From Octopus sinensis (Eukaryota), in NCBI RefSeq assembly GCF_006345805.1, contig NC_043001.1, forward strand, positions 46,128,001 through 46,192,000: 64,000 nucleotides of DNA. Reading direction: 5' to 3'. Both the position numbers and the translations under genes were made by a program. Positions 48,055-61,396 of the stretch are shown in pieces. Within the stretch, counting starts at the first letter, position 1. Every line of letters starts with the position of its first letter. The notes below the pieces were generated by a model. The model was not told where the DNA came from. It saw only the letters and a program-made list of their open reading frames with translations, and made no database searches.

Positions 48055-48788
48055 CTACAGGAATAATGTATAGAAAAGACATACAGAAGTATAGTGTAAT
48101 GCTATTGTTGCTATGATACCAATATTTTCATCTTTCAACTTTTGATGAAGAAAAGGGCTTAGGTGTAAATAAATACCCAGGTACTACAACAAAATAATAA
48201 CTTATAGCGTGAAACAATAATGCAACCTCTCTCTGGCCACTTGATCTTTTTGTTTTAGAAATAACAGCTAATTCTTCTTTAATTACACCTTGTCATTGTC
48301 ATCAATCTAATGTTCACTTTTGCGTACCCATTTGGGTTGGAGAGATTTAGTTAAAATAAATTTTCTTTTGCAGGATACCTTTCTTGTCGCCAGCCAACCA
48401 TCACCTGTTTCCAAGCAAGGTAATATTTTCCATAACCAGATACTAGGGCTGATGTGATGAAAAAAGTACCCAGTGGTTGGTGTTAGGAAGGATCTTCAGC
48501 TGTAGAAGCCATGCCAAAGCAGATATGAAGTAGTTTTCAAACTAGTCAGATCGTGTTAAGCTGTCTAGTCCATGCCAGCATAGTAGATAGTTAAAGATGA
48601 TGATGGTGATTATATATGTGTGTGTATATATATATATATATATATACTAAGTAATTAAGGGTTTAGCAACGATTTGCCTCACCACACACCGAATTTAGAA
48701 ATAGCAGTCAAAGAGTTATAGCTATTCTTTCTACTAAAAGGGAGATCTCAGTAAAAACACAGCACTTGAAAGGCAAACACAGACAGGC

Positions 48789-48820
<32 letters not shown>

Positions 48821-49789
48821 TATATATATACATACATACATACAAGATAAGAAAATGGAGAAATACATCTAAATCAAATATCAATTACCAGATAATACTC
48901 AATCACATACTTTATTAAACCACCACATAAGAGACTGTAGGGTTAAATATAAAAAGCAGAACAAATCAGTGTACATAAAGGAATGTACATAAAAAAGTGT
49001 ACATAAAAGAGTAATGTTGTATAATAAGTAGAATATATATAAAAGAGAATATAAATACAAGTAAATATAAATATAAGTATAAATATAAATATAAATATAA
49101 ATATAATATATATACATGTAGTTGATTAGAAGATATATTAACCTCTTAAAGGGATGATTACATCCAAGAAAACATTGGTTCTGTACCTAATATTTTTGAG
49201 AAATATAAATTTCCCTAAATCAATAGGTATATATTATGTATGTAATCTGTATTCAATTAATAGAAGAAAAATGAGAAGTTGAAAGTTGATAGTTATTTAT
49301 TAATAAATTGCTAATTCTTACTTCTTATAGCTGTTTCCATTTGTGTTCATTAAATTATGCTTAAATTTTCATTTGCATTTATAAGATATAAACAAAATAT
49401 CATCAGAGAAAAAGATAAACAATAAAAGATTACATATAGACCTCTTTTATTAATTGAATATGGATTATATATACATATATATATATATAAGTGTATAAGT
49501 GTTTGAAGCTCTGATGAAGCTATATTGTGATACTCAAGCATTGATCTATGAGTCCATTGCACCTTATAGCAGAAACAGCTGTAAGCCAATGGAAGTTCAT
49601 AACATAATCGTTTATTCCTTTGTCATCCCAATTTCTTATATATACACATACATTCATACATATACCAGCATGAAGAGTAGATGTTAAATGATGATGACGA
49701 CGATGATGATGATGATGATGATATGTATATGATAGTGTGAGTGCAAGTGTGTGTGTGTATATGTGTGTGTGTATATATATCATCATTAT

Positions 49790-50138
49790 CATCATCATCA
49801 TCGTTTAACGTCTACATTCCATGCTAGCATGGGTTGGATGATTTGACTGAGGACTGGCGAACAAGATGGCTGCACCAGGCTCCAATCTTGATCTGGCAGA
49901 GTTTCTACAGCTGGATGCCCTTCCTAATGCCAACCACTCTGAGTGTGTAGTGGGTGCTTTTACGTGCCACCGACACGAGGGCCAGTCAGGCAGTACTGGC
50001 AACGGCTGTGCTCAAATAGTGTTTTTTACGTGCCACCTGCACAGGAGCCAGTCCAGCGGCAGTGGCAACCTCAATCGAATGTTTTTTCCCATGGCAGTAA
50101 GGTGACGCTGGTAACAATCACGCCTGAATGGTGCTTTT

Positions 50139-50140
<2 letters not shown>
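49790..50140 (-). mobile_element. RTE 3'UTR fragment with VNTR
   Basis: (CAT)n + cgtttaacgtc..ctggatgcccttcctaatgccaacc + units. Confidence 0.8.
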
Positions 50141-50182
<42 letters not shown>

Positions 50183-50504
50183 CATTTATATATCATCACA
50201 AATATGTATATGATTGTGTGTGCATGTGTGTGTGTGTGTGTATGTGTGTCTGTGTCTGTGTATTCTCCTGTGTTACCAGAAACAAACTAACAAAAGTAGA
50301 TGAATAACCAAATGATCGAACATAATTTTTATTAGGTCTAATTAAATAATGACTCATCATAAAGTCTTAGGGTAATAAGAAGTAGATCTTAAACTGTAGT
50401 GCAGTAATCTTTTTTTCTCTTTCCTTGCTGGAATGACAGAGCAAACAACACGAGAGAGGAAAATATTTATATATAAAAATATTGTTAATATTTACACTCA
50501 TAAA

Positions 50505-51125
50505 GGTGGTGAACTGGCAGAAATGTTAACACGCCGGGCAAAATACTTAGCAGTATTTCGTCTGCCATTACGTTCTGAGTTCAAATTCCGCCAAGGTCGA
50601 CTTTGCCTTTCATCCTTTTGAGGTCGATAAATTAAGTACTAGTTACGCACTGGGGTTGATGTAATCGATTTAATTCCTTTGTCTGTCCTTGTTTGTCCTC
50701 TCTATGTTTAGCCCCTTGTGAGCAATAAAGAAATAAGAAACGTTAGCACACCAGGCAAAATGCTTAGCGGCATTTCGTATGTCTTGACATTCTGAGTTCA
50801 AATTCCGCCGAGGTTGACTTTGTCTTTCATCCTTTCGGGGTCGATAAAATAAGTACCATTTGTGCACTGGGAGCAATCTAAACGACTGGCTCCCTCCCCC
50901 AAAATTTTGGGCCTTGTCCCTAGAGTAGAAAAGAATCGTTAGCACGTTGTGCAAATTGCTTAGCAGCATTGCATCCATCTCTATATTCTGAGTTCAAATG
51001 CCACCAGGGTCAACTTTGCCTTTCATACTTTCAGGGTTGTAAAAATAAGTACCAGTTGAGTACTAGGGTCAATGTAATAGACTTATCTCATTTTCCTGAA
51101 GTTGCTGGCCTTGTGTCAAAATTTG
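50505..51125 (+). mobile_element. Three tandem tRNA-derived SINE copies
   Basis: ttctgagttcaaattccgcc..ctttgcctttcatc repeated at ~50575, 50790 and 50985. Confidence 0.8.
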
Positions 51126-51178
51126 AAATCAATATCTATACTTATATGCATGCATGTATGAGTGGACGAATGAGTGTA

Positions 51179-51383
51179 CAGTAATCACTTGCCATATCGT
51201 GGTTCACCTATCGCGCACTCAGTACATTGCAGATTTTTCTGGCTACCATATGTAAATTCATATCATGGACTCCTCAGTATATCATGTGTTTCTGTGGCCA
51301 ATAGATATTTATATTTTTTAGATTTTAATTATTTCCGTGGGAGGTTTTGGAATGTAATACCCACGATAGTCGAGGGATTACTA
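51179..51383. mobile_element. Tigger/pogo-type MITE (TA TSD)
   Basis: ta-cagtaatc.c..gccatatcg ... cgatagtcgagggattact.-ta; homologous to 59327-59571. Confidence 0.75.
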
Positions 51384-51834
51384 TATGTCACACTCATGCC
51401 CATATAGATATGTACATGTGTGTGTGTGTGTGTGTGTATATACTCCACAGTAGAAGTGTTGAGACCGATCCTTCTGGTGGTGTAAAGCACTTGTGGTGGA
51501 TCCACCTAAAAATGCCTGTGCAGGTGCCATGTAAAAGTGCCTGTGCAGCAACTTGTAAAAGTGCCTGTGTGGAGTCATCTAAACGCACCTGTGTGGTGTC
51601 ATGTATCAATACCCACGTGGCACAATGTAAAAGTGCCTGTGAGGTGTCACGTAAAAACACTCAGCACACTCTGTAAAGTGTTTAGCATTAGGAAGGGCAT
51701 CCAGCCATACAAACCAAGCCAAATCAGACTGGAGTCTGGTGCAGCTCCCCAGCTTGCCAGCTCTGGTCAAACCATCCAACCCATGCCAGTATGGACAACG
51801 GATGTTAAATGATGATGATGATATATATACATAT

Positions 51835-52245
51835 AGGCACAGGAGTGGCTGTGTGGTAAGTAGCTTGCTTACCAACCACATCGTTCCGGGTTCAGTCCCA
51901 CTGCGTGGCATCTTGGGCAAGTGTCTTCTACTATAGCTTCGGGCCGACCAAAGCCTTGTGAGTGGATTTGGTAGAAGGAAACTGAAAGAAGCCTGTCGTA
52001 TATATGTATAAATATATATATATGTGTGTATGTTTGTATGTCTGTGTTTGTTCCCTAGCATTGCTTGACAACCAATGCTGGTGTGTTTACGTCACCGTCA
52101 TTTAGCGGTTTGGCAAAAGCAACCGATAGAATAAGTACTGGGCTTACAAAGAATAAGTCCTGTGGTCGATTTGCTCGACTAAAGGCGGTGCTCCAGCATG
52201 GCCGCAGTCAAATGACTGAAACAAGTAAAAGAGAGTAAAAGAGTA
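51835..52245 (+). mobile_element. Full-length tRNA-derived SINE, preceded by an RTE 3' tail (51440-51820)
   Basis: Head, (TA)/(GT) spacer and aaaagagagtaaaagagt tail. Confidence 0.85.
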
Positions 52246-53303
52246 TATATATACAAAATTATAATTTAGGATATCTAAGAGATACCACTACGCTGAAAAT
52301 AGCAGTCAAAGCTTGACTCTAAAACCACATTAAATGCTCATATAGCACTTGGAGAGAAGACAGTGACAAAATAAACTAGCAAAAAAAAATTACTAGATAA
52401 TTCGAGATCCTGGATTTCTGGCTTTGCATAAGAGATGCTCTGCCTTCATCAGTGGAATACTCTCAGATAGCACATGAATACACATATATATATATATATA
52501 TATATATACAACATACGATATACTTACATATACAAACATATATACATACATATATATGCATGTATGTACACAACCAGTTTAAATTGCCCGCCTTAAAGCT
52601 CCTCATGCGATATGGTCAGAATAAACACCACAGTGAATAATTTATATATATATGTATATATATGTATATATACACACATATATATCAGTGGAAATTACAG
52701 AGTCAATTAGAGTCCAAGAGTTTTGTGTATTGACACTTATCAAACTTACAAATGTATATATCTATAGCTGTCAGTCTCTCTGTCTGCCTATTTATCTATT
52801 TATAATTTTAGTGCCCATTTTTCCATGTCAGCATGAGCCAGATGAAATTCTCTGAGGCACATTTTCTACAGTTGGATGCTCTTGCTGTCACCGACCCTCA
52901 CCTGTTTCAAGTAAGGTAATATTTCCCCTTAGCTAGACATGTTTCCATGGAAGATTGGAAATGAAGGACAACACACTTGTATGATGCTGATCACTTGCAA
53001 CTATTGTGTGATGTCAAGACAAAAAGATACAAATGTTCATACAGATCTAGACACATACATGCACACACACACACACACTTATAAGAATATTTATATGTAT
53101 ATATCTTTTATCTTTTATTTGTTTCAGTCATTTCACTGCGGCCATGCTGGGGTACCACCTTGAAGGGTTTTTAGTTGAATGTATTGATCCAAGACTTTAT
53201 TTTTCAAATTCTATCAGTCTCTTTCACCAAACTGCTAAGTCACAGGGATATAAACACACCAACACCTATTGTCAAGCAGTGGGGGTGGTGAGAAATGCAG
53301 ACA

Positions 53304-53346
<43 letters not shown>

Positions 53347-53359
53347 TTATATATATATA

Positions 53360-55810
53360 TAATAATAATAATAATGAAATTATTGTATACAGTGCTCAGG
53401 TGCACCACAACTTGTCAGAAAGTGCATATAAAGTACATGCAGTAATGTAGAAATGTCTGGAAAGTGAACATGCTTGTGTGTGTATGGAGGGGAGAAAATC
53501 AAGTGTAGTGTTAGCGAATCTCAGGAAGCATGGAAGTCTTGAAGGATGCAGTGCTCCGACAACTAACAACCGATGCCGGCAGTTTGTTCCACGCTTCAGT
53601 AACTCTCAGCGTGAAAAAATGTTTCCTGAAGTCATGGGAGCTGTGCTGTTTTCTTACTTTGTAAATATGTCCACGGGTGTTAGATGGTGGAGTTTGAAGA
53701 GGTGCTCAGTGTTATTGTTTGTGCGATGGTTGATAATTTTGTGGGTGTCTGCCAGGTCAGCTGCCAGACGTCGGAGTTTCAATGTGTCCATGCCCAGGGA
53801 AGTAAGGCGTTCAGGATATGGCAAATGCCTGATGGAGGGTATTCTTTTGGTTGCACGTCGCTGAACAGCTTCCAGACGATTGATGTCCTGGGCAAGATAG
53901 GGGTTCCAGACCGGTGATGCAAATTCCAGGTGAGGTCTTACCATAGCTATATAAAGCCGCAGATAGATAGCCGGAGAGCAGCTCACAAAGGATTTGGTGA
54001 GTGATGCCAAGACACCCTCAGCCTTCTTGACAATTTTGGCGATGTGTTTTGTCCAACGCAAATCACTGTCGACAATAACACCCAGGTCACGTTCACTTGA
54101 AGACTTTTTGAGACTAGTGTTGTGGAGGGAGTAGGTGGACACTGGGTTTCTCCTCCCAAAATGCATGGTGGTACATTTGTCCACAGCCAGCTTGAGTTGC
54201 CAGTCCATGATCCACTGCTGCATTGTGTCCAGGTCTACTTGCAATAGAGATCCATAGTGTATAGGATTCGACCTCTTTATTTCGAGGTACAGCTTGATGT
54301 CATCTGCATATTTCAGCACTGTGGCATTCTTTAAGTTGGCATCTATGTCATTAACATATGCAACAAATAAAAGGGGGCCAAGAACAGATCCCTGCGGCAC
54401 ACCAGATGTCATCTTATAGGGCGAAGAGTGCTGTCCTAGAACTGTGATGACCTCTTTTCGGCCGAAAATAAAGGACTTTAACCAGTTATAGAGTTCGTCT
54501 CTTACACCCAACGCAGAAAGCTTCACCATAAGTCTTTTGTGTGGCACAGAGTTAAAAGCCTTAGCAAAGTCCAGGTAAACAACATCCACCCAGGATCCGC
54601 GATCAGTGATTTGGGTAACATCCTCAAGAAACTCGATGAGTTGATTACAGCAGCTGGAGTTAGGAATAAATCCGAATTGTGACGGCTGGATGAGGCTGTG
54701 AGACTTCCCGAAGTTCCAGAGGGTTTCTCTGATACAGGATTCCATCAGTTTGGCGATGCAGCTGGTAAGACTGACGGGGCGATAGTTGACAGGCGATGTG
54801 CGGTCGCCTTTTTTGAACAGAGGGATGACACTGGCAGTTTTCCACTGTTCTGGAGTAACACCATTGTCAAGACAGAATTGGAAGAATAGAGAAAGTTGGC
54901 TTAGAAGAAAGTACCCACTGCGTTTGAGAAGTAGGTATGTAACACCATCGAGACCAGGAGAGGCATAATTGCATTTATTCTTTAGGTGGCGTTGCAGCAT
55001 TGCTGGTGTAAATTGCATAGAAGATATAGAGTCCGATGTCAGTGGTGATGATGATGGAACATTTTGGTCTTCGACAGTAAAGATGCCGGCATAGCATCCA
55101 GCAATGATTTCTGCACATTCTTCGGGATTGCCAGTAATCTGTCCTGTGTGGGGATTGCGAAGGGGACCAACAGGAGAGTGGGGTCTCTGCTTTGAGTGCA
55201 CATATTTCCAGAACCCTTTGCTGTCAGGGTTAGCTGCAATGCGTTGTTCAAATCAGCCATCCCCTGTATATCATCATCTGAAATCCAGATATAAACTGCT
55301 GTCCTTGAATGCCCGTAGTTTATGTAACACGGTGCATCTTTTTGTCTCCTACGTCAAAAGTATCAACCCAGATTTCATCACAGTCACGAAAACGTGGGCA
55401 CACTCTGCACTCTGTGATGGAGTTTTCAGCATAGCCGGCTACAACCTGTTCCGCAAAGACCGCATTAATCGCCGTGGAGGGGGTGTGATGATTTATGTTC
55501 GATCAAGTCTATCGGCAATCCCTGTGATGATTTGAACCAATCTCAGCAGGAGGTATTTTTCTGCATGTACACATGACCATGTCAACACTTCTGCTCGGAG
55601 TCGTTTACCGTCCTCCAAATTATCGCCAAGATGCACAGCTTTTTGATATCCTCAGGGCGGCTGCCATGAAAACAGCCACATATGTGTATGTTGCGGGGGA
55701 CTTCAATTTCCCTGAGATTGACCGGGAGGCCTTCCGTTGGCCGCAAAGTGCAGACGATTTCTTTGAACTGGTGCTGAATTCGAATTGGTCCCAAGTTGTT
55801 ACCTCCCCCA
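53360..55810 (-). mobile_element. Young CR1-type LINE: RT region on minus strand (53360-~55258) with endonuclease region inverted on plus strand (~55260-55810)
   Basis: Minus 515-aa ORF with SPGLDG, NYRPVSLTS, QFGF, VYLDFAKAFNSV, GVPQGSVLGPLLF and YADD; (ATT)n tail at 53360. Plus-strand APE motifs LSLNARSL, RKDR..RGGGV, GVVYRPP and AGDFNFP. Confidence 0.93.
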
Positions 55811-57088
55811 CAGGTCATCCCATAAGTTCTGTTCAATTTTACCCTTTTTAAAATTGAATGAAATTTAATAGTATTTTAGAATGTCTAATGGAATTAAAAA
55901 TTATTTTTATGCATTTGTGTACATTTAAACTAATTAAATATTATTTTACAGAATAATAGAATTAAAATTTCTTTGATTAAAACCCTTTCTAACATGGAAG
56001 TATCCAAAGAGCATTTGAGGGACATAATGCTTTATGCGTACAAAAAAAGGAAACTCTGCAGCCGAAGCAACTTGAAACATACACTCAATTTATGGGAAAG
56101 AATGCTTGAATGAAAGAACTTGCAGAAGATGGTTTGCAAAATTCAGAAGTGGAGATTTCAGCCTTGAAGATGAAGATCAAATAGGACATCCAGTTGAGTT
56201 TGATGATAAGCTCCATGAGGCATTACTTGAAGAAAATCCTGCATTATCAGTTGAAGAATTGGCAACAAAGCTAAGTTCAAACCATACAACTGTTCATTGT
56301 CATCTTCAACAACTTGGAAAGGTTCCTAAACTTGGAAAATGGGTACCTCATGAATGGTCCAAAAGCAACCGCAAATCTCGAGTTGACATCTTCTCTCTCC
56401 ATTCTCCCAAACTCATTTCACCCTTTTTGGATAGACTTGTGATTGGTGACGTAAAATGGATCATCTATCAAAATGTTAAACATCGTAAACAGTGGCTTGG
56501 TAAAAGGGAAAAGGCTCAACCACAACCGAGAAGGGAACTTCATGGGAGAAAGGTTCTTCTCTCTATCTGGTGGGATTGCAAAGGAGTAATTCACTTTGAA
56601 TTGTTACCACCTAATGCAACAATCAATGTTCAAGTCTACTGTCAGCAATTAGAGTGTTAGAACCAAGCTTTGAAGAAAAAAAGACCTGCTTTAGTGAATC
56701 GAAAAGGAGTGATGTTTCATCAGGACAATGCACGACTCCACACTGCAAAGATCATATCACAGAAGATCGAAGAGCTTGGTTGGGAAAAAATTCCTCATCC
56801 ACCTTATTCTCCCGACTTTGCTCCTTCAGACTACCATCTGTTTCATACAGAATCATTTGGGGACATAACTTTTGCAAGCCAGGAGGAGGTCAAAACTGAC
56901 ATTTCAGAGTTCTTGGCTTTGAAACCAAAAGAGTTTTACATTGATGGGATTAAAAAGCTTGTAAATAGATGGAAGGAAGACATAGATAATCAGAGAAAGC
57001 ACATTGATGGTTAAATTTCATTTAAATATAACATTTGATCGCTTGTTTTCTTTATTCAAAATTCGGGCAGAACTTATGGGATAACCTG

Positions 57089-57089
<1 letters not shown>
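55811..57089 (+). mobile_element. Near full-length, inactivated mariner (D,D34D) transposon
   Basis: TIRs caggtcatcccataagttctg / cagaacttatgggataacctg; ATG at 55994; WVPHE, HQDNAR and YSPDFAPSDYHLF motifs; frameshifts and stops. Confidence 0.93.
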
Positions 57090-57092
<3 letters not shown>

Positions 57093-57123
<31 letters not shown>

Positions 57124-57646
57124 TGTATGTATGTATGTATGTATGTATGTATGTATGTATGTATGTTTATATGTATGTATGCATGTATGTATGTATTTAT
57201 GTATGTATTTATGTATGTATGTATGTATGTATGTATGCATGCATGCATGCATGTATGTATGTATGTATGCATGCATGCATGTATGTATGTATGTATTTAT
57301 GTATGTATTTATGTATGTATGTATGTATGTATGCATGCATGCATGCATGTATGTATGTATGTATGTATGTATGTATGTATGCATGTATGTATGTATGTAT
57401 TTATGTATGTATTTATGTATGTATGTATGTATGTATGCATGCATGCATGCATGTATGTATGTATGTATGCATGCATGCATGTATGTATGTATGTATTTAT
57501 GTATGTATTTATGTATGTATGTATGTATGTATGTATGTATGTATGCATGCATGCATGCATGTATGTATGTATGTATGTATGTATGTATGTATGCATGCAT
57601 GCATGTATGTATGTATGTATGTATGTATGTATGTATGTATGTATGT
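57093..57646. repeat. ~550-bp compound (TATG)n/(CATG)n/(TTTA) repeat with ~100-bp higher-order period
   Basis: The doublet tatttatgtatgtattt recurs near 57195, 57295, 57399 and 57495. Confidence 0.95.
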
Positions 57647-58025
57647 AGAAACATATGCCATAGGCTTCTTTCAGCTTCAGTCTACTAAATCCACTTGCTA
57701 AGCTTTGGTCAGCCTGGGGTTATAGTAGAAGAAACTTGCTCTAAGTGCCACACAGAAGGACTGAGGCAATTTTCTAAACTGCATAACCAGCCTGAACTTA
57801 CTGCCTAAGCATATATATGCATGTATATGCATATGCATTGATATACCTAGATTAACATATACACACTTGCACATATTTATAAAACCGTTACATGTGAATT
57901 TTTCATCAACATGTTTCATAAAACCGCCTAAAACATCAAAATGAAGAATAAACAACAAAGTAGCAGCTACAACAACAACAACAACAACATCTAAATCAAC
58001 AGCAATCAAACATTATACAACTTAC

Positions 58026-58057
58026 CCAGTCATCCTGATTTTGGGACAAAGAATCTC
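58026..58057 (-). CDS. Candidate 32-nt upstream micro-exon of the WD40 gene
   Basis: tattttgcttttag| acceptor and |gtaagt donor; phase-compatible with both possible acceptors of the 43.7 kb exon. No homology support. Confidence 0.35.
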
Positions 58058-58645
58058 CTAAAAGCAAAATACACCACAGAGGTTCTGGAATGTTTCCTTC
58101 TGCTCTTACCACTAGTCTCTCTTTCTTTCTTACTATCTCTCTCTCTCTTTTAGTTCCTTTCAATATATTTGATCTTGTTTTACTTTTTATAATCTCTTTC
58201 GTTCCTTTTTTTATTCTCTCCTCATCATCCCTATGTTTTCTTAGTCACTTCTTTGTGTTTTGGCCTTTCCTGGCCTTTCTTGATTTCTTTGGTCTCATTT
58301 GGTTTCCCCTCACATTTTCTGTTCTCTTTGCTCTCTCTTTGTCTTTGCTGTTTTTTCTCTTGGTTTCTCCTGGCTCTTCTTGATTGCTTTGGTCTCCCTA
58401 GGTCTTCTTGGTCTCTCCTGGTTTTTACTGTTGTTACTAGTTCTTCTAATCACTTGTTTCAGTTTCTCCTAGTTTCATCTGTTATTTTCTGCCCTCTTCT
58501 GCTGTTCTTGCCAAATGTCTTTCCATTTCTCTTAATCTCTCTTTGTTTTTGTTTATCTTATTCACGTCTGGTCTACTTTTCTCTATTCCTTCATCTTTCT
58601 CTCTCTCCCCTTTTCTCTATCCCCCTTACCTGTCTCTGCATCTGA

Positions 58646-58677
<32 letters not shown>

Positions 58678-58966
58678 CTGTCTGTCTGTCTGTCTGTATG
58701 TATGTATATATATATATATATATGTTTAGATGTATGTATATGTATTTATGTATATATATATATGTATTTGTCTCACTTGTTCTTTCTTAATCTTTTAATC
58801 TCTTCTGCTTTCTATCCTGAAATATCTCTTGCAAAGCCCTAAAATCTGTATTTCTGTCTCTCCCCCCTCTCTCTCTCTCTCTTTCTCCTAGTTACTAAGT
58901 TTCCCTTTCTCTTAGTCTTCCTAGGTCTCTCTTACAGTATCATCGGTCTCTCCTCTTGATGGTTAC

Positions 58967-59000
58967 CTTTTTGTTTATCCCAGTTGGTTGCTATTGTCAT
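58967..59000 (-). CDS. Candidate 34-nt start-codon micro-exon (MTIATNWDKQK-G)
   Basis: Pyrimidine tract + cactgcag|ATG ... AAAG|gtaacc; phase 1 joins the 58057 micro-exon in frame. No homology support. Confidence 0.3.
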
Positions 59001-59326
59001 CTGCAGTGGACCAAACTGGAGTGGATGCAGTAACAGTGAGAGAGAGCGAGAGAGAGAAAGAGAGAGGGAGAGCGAGAGAGAGAGAGAGAAAAAGGTGACA
59101 GTAAGAGGAGGACCAGAGTTGTAAAAGAGAGATGGGGAAAGAGAGTGAGAGTGGGAGGGAACAAACTGAGAAGGAAAGGGATGTTATAGATATTTAAGTT
59201 TTCTCTCTCTCTCCCACTCCGGATATGAATGAAACCTGGACATGCAAGTTTGATGTTTGTTCCCTGCTGATGGCTTAACACCCACACACACACATACACA
59301 CACAGACACACACACACAAACATATA

Positions 59327-59571
59327 CAGTAATCCCTCGCCATATCGCGGTTCACCTGTTGCGGCTCACCTATCGCGGTTTATTATTCAAGCTTATGTCG
59401 ATTCCTCTGTGGTGTTGTTTTACGTTTATAATAAAATGGATATATACAAATTATAAAAATGATAATAAAAAAATATACAGTACAATTAATACTGTTTCTA
59501 CTTCATGGATTTTCATCTGTTGTAGGGAGTTTTGGAATGTAACAACTACTGCAATAGTTGAGGGATTATTG
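59327..59571. mobile_element. Tigger/pogo-type MITE (TA TSD)
   Basis: ta-cagtaatccctcgccatatcgc ... gcaatagttgagggattattg-ta. Confidence 0.78.
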
Positions 59572-59675
59572 TATACATACATGCACATCTACATACATAT
59601 ACACACCTTGATACACTGCCACACATACACATACACACATACACATGCATATACGTACAAAGCTATATCTATCTT

Positions 59676-59730
<55 letters not shown>

Positions 59731-59735
59731 GTCGA

Positions 59736-59872
<137 letters not shown>

Positions 59873-59907
59873 ATTATATATATATATATATACATATTAC
59901 ATGCTTG

Positions 59908-59941
<34 letters not shown>

Positions 59942-59944
<3 letters not shown>

Positions 59945-60120
59945 TTTATTTAAAAGCAGCATAAATTTAACAAAAGCTGTTACTCAGAGTTTCACGTTCA
60001 CGTTCGTTGGACGGTTTTGTTAAAATAAATATTTTATTTTTCTTCTAACAAAACTGTTCGACGAACGTGAAACTCTGAGTAACAGCTTTTGCTATGTTTC
60101 TGCTGCTTTTATATAAAGCA
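59942..60120. mobile_element. Palindromic hairpin MITE
   Basis: aaaagcagca..aaaagctgttactcagagtttcacgttc..ggttttgtta mirrored by taacaaaactg..gaacgtgaaactctgagtaacagctttt..tgctgctttt. Confidence 0.75.
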
Positions 60121-60187
60121 TATTACTCTACCTCTGGTATTTGTGTACTCTTTTTTCCACCTTGTTTCACATTTATGTGCTTACTCC

Positions 60188-60234
<47 letters not shown>

Positions 60235-60436
60235 GTATAGATACAAACTCATACACTTAAATAATACACATACATAACCTTTGATACCTATACACAGAAG
60301 CACATACAGAAGTATACATACATACATAGCAATACATGAAGAAGCATAGCTGAGCAAACTTACACGCAAACTCATAAATGTAGCAATATACACTGAAACA
60401 CTCCTCACACAAATACATACACACATGTGAATGCAT

Positions 60437-60492
<56 letters not shown>

Positions 60493-60576
60493 ACACACAT
60501 ACACACAAAAGCAGAAATTTATACATACACAGATATATGCAAACATTTTTGAATATGTCAACAAACTGATGTACAC

Positions 60577-60613
<37 letters not shown>

Positions 60614-61396
60614 CACACTTGTACACACATGCACACTCATTCACTCAAGCACACACACAATCATACTGACTCATGACCATGCACTCACATAAACTCAGAT
60701 GCATGCATACGTGTACACACAAACACACACACTCAGCCTTATGTACATACACATAATTTTTGCTATGACTTATTGACATACAGTCACATAACTTTGGCTG
60801 TTACTATCATCATCATCATTATCATCATCATCATCATCATCATCATCATTATTAATTATTATTATTATTATTATTATTATTATTGATATATTTCTCTTCA
60901 AGATGGAACATGAGCAGCTGGAGTTGGGCGTGGCAGGGGAGGAGAGTACGGCGGGAAAGGTGGAATGACTAGTGGAGATTGTGGTTACGGTGGGTGGTGG
61001 TTGTGGTGGTGGATGGAGGAGGTGGGGTTTGGGTCAGTAGAATGTACTGGACTGGACTGAACTGGAGCACAGCAATACAATAACGACAGCGACAAAGAAA
61101 ACGACAACATCAACACCAACATCAACAGCAGCAACAGTTACAAACAGTAGTAACCACCACCACCACCACCACCACCACCACCACCACCACCATGACTGCC
61201 ACTTCCACAACAACAACAATAGCAGCAGCAGCAGTAGTAGCAGCAATAGCAGCAATTATAGTTTTTTCTTATATAATTACAAGGCTTGAAATTTAAGGGA
61301 AGTAGGCAGTCAATTACATTGATTTGGCTGCTTCTATGGTCATCATCATGATCATCATCATCAGCAGCAGCAGCATCATCATCAGCATCATCATTA

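Noticed and set aside
53654-55201. Intact, active or domesticated reverse transcriptase gene
   Set aside because: A frameshift near 53680 truncates the C-terminus. The endonuclease is inverted, incomplete and has its ETW Glu changed to Lys, and there is no ORF1 or promoter.
57035-57701. Multiple 180-217 aa MYVC/HTYI ORFs
   Set aside because: Tetranucleotide microsatellite artefacts; the same applies to similar ORFs at 53-700, 4357-4912, 10737-11531, 25261-26098 and 59257-60676.
58090-58645. Hydrophobic plus-strand ORFs resembling membrane proteins
   Set aside because: Low-complexity pyrimidine-rich degenerate repeat; the opposite strand has stops in all frames.
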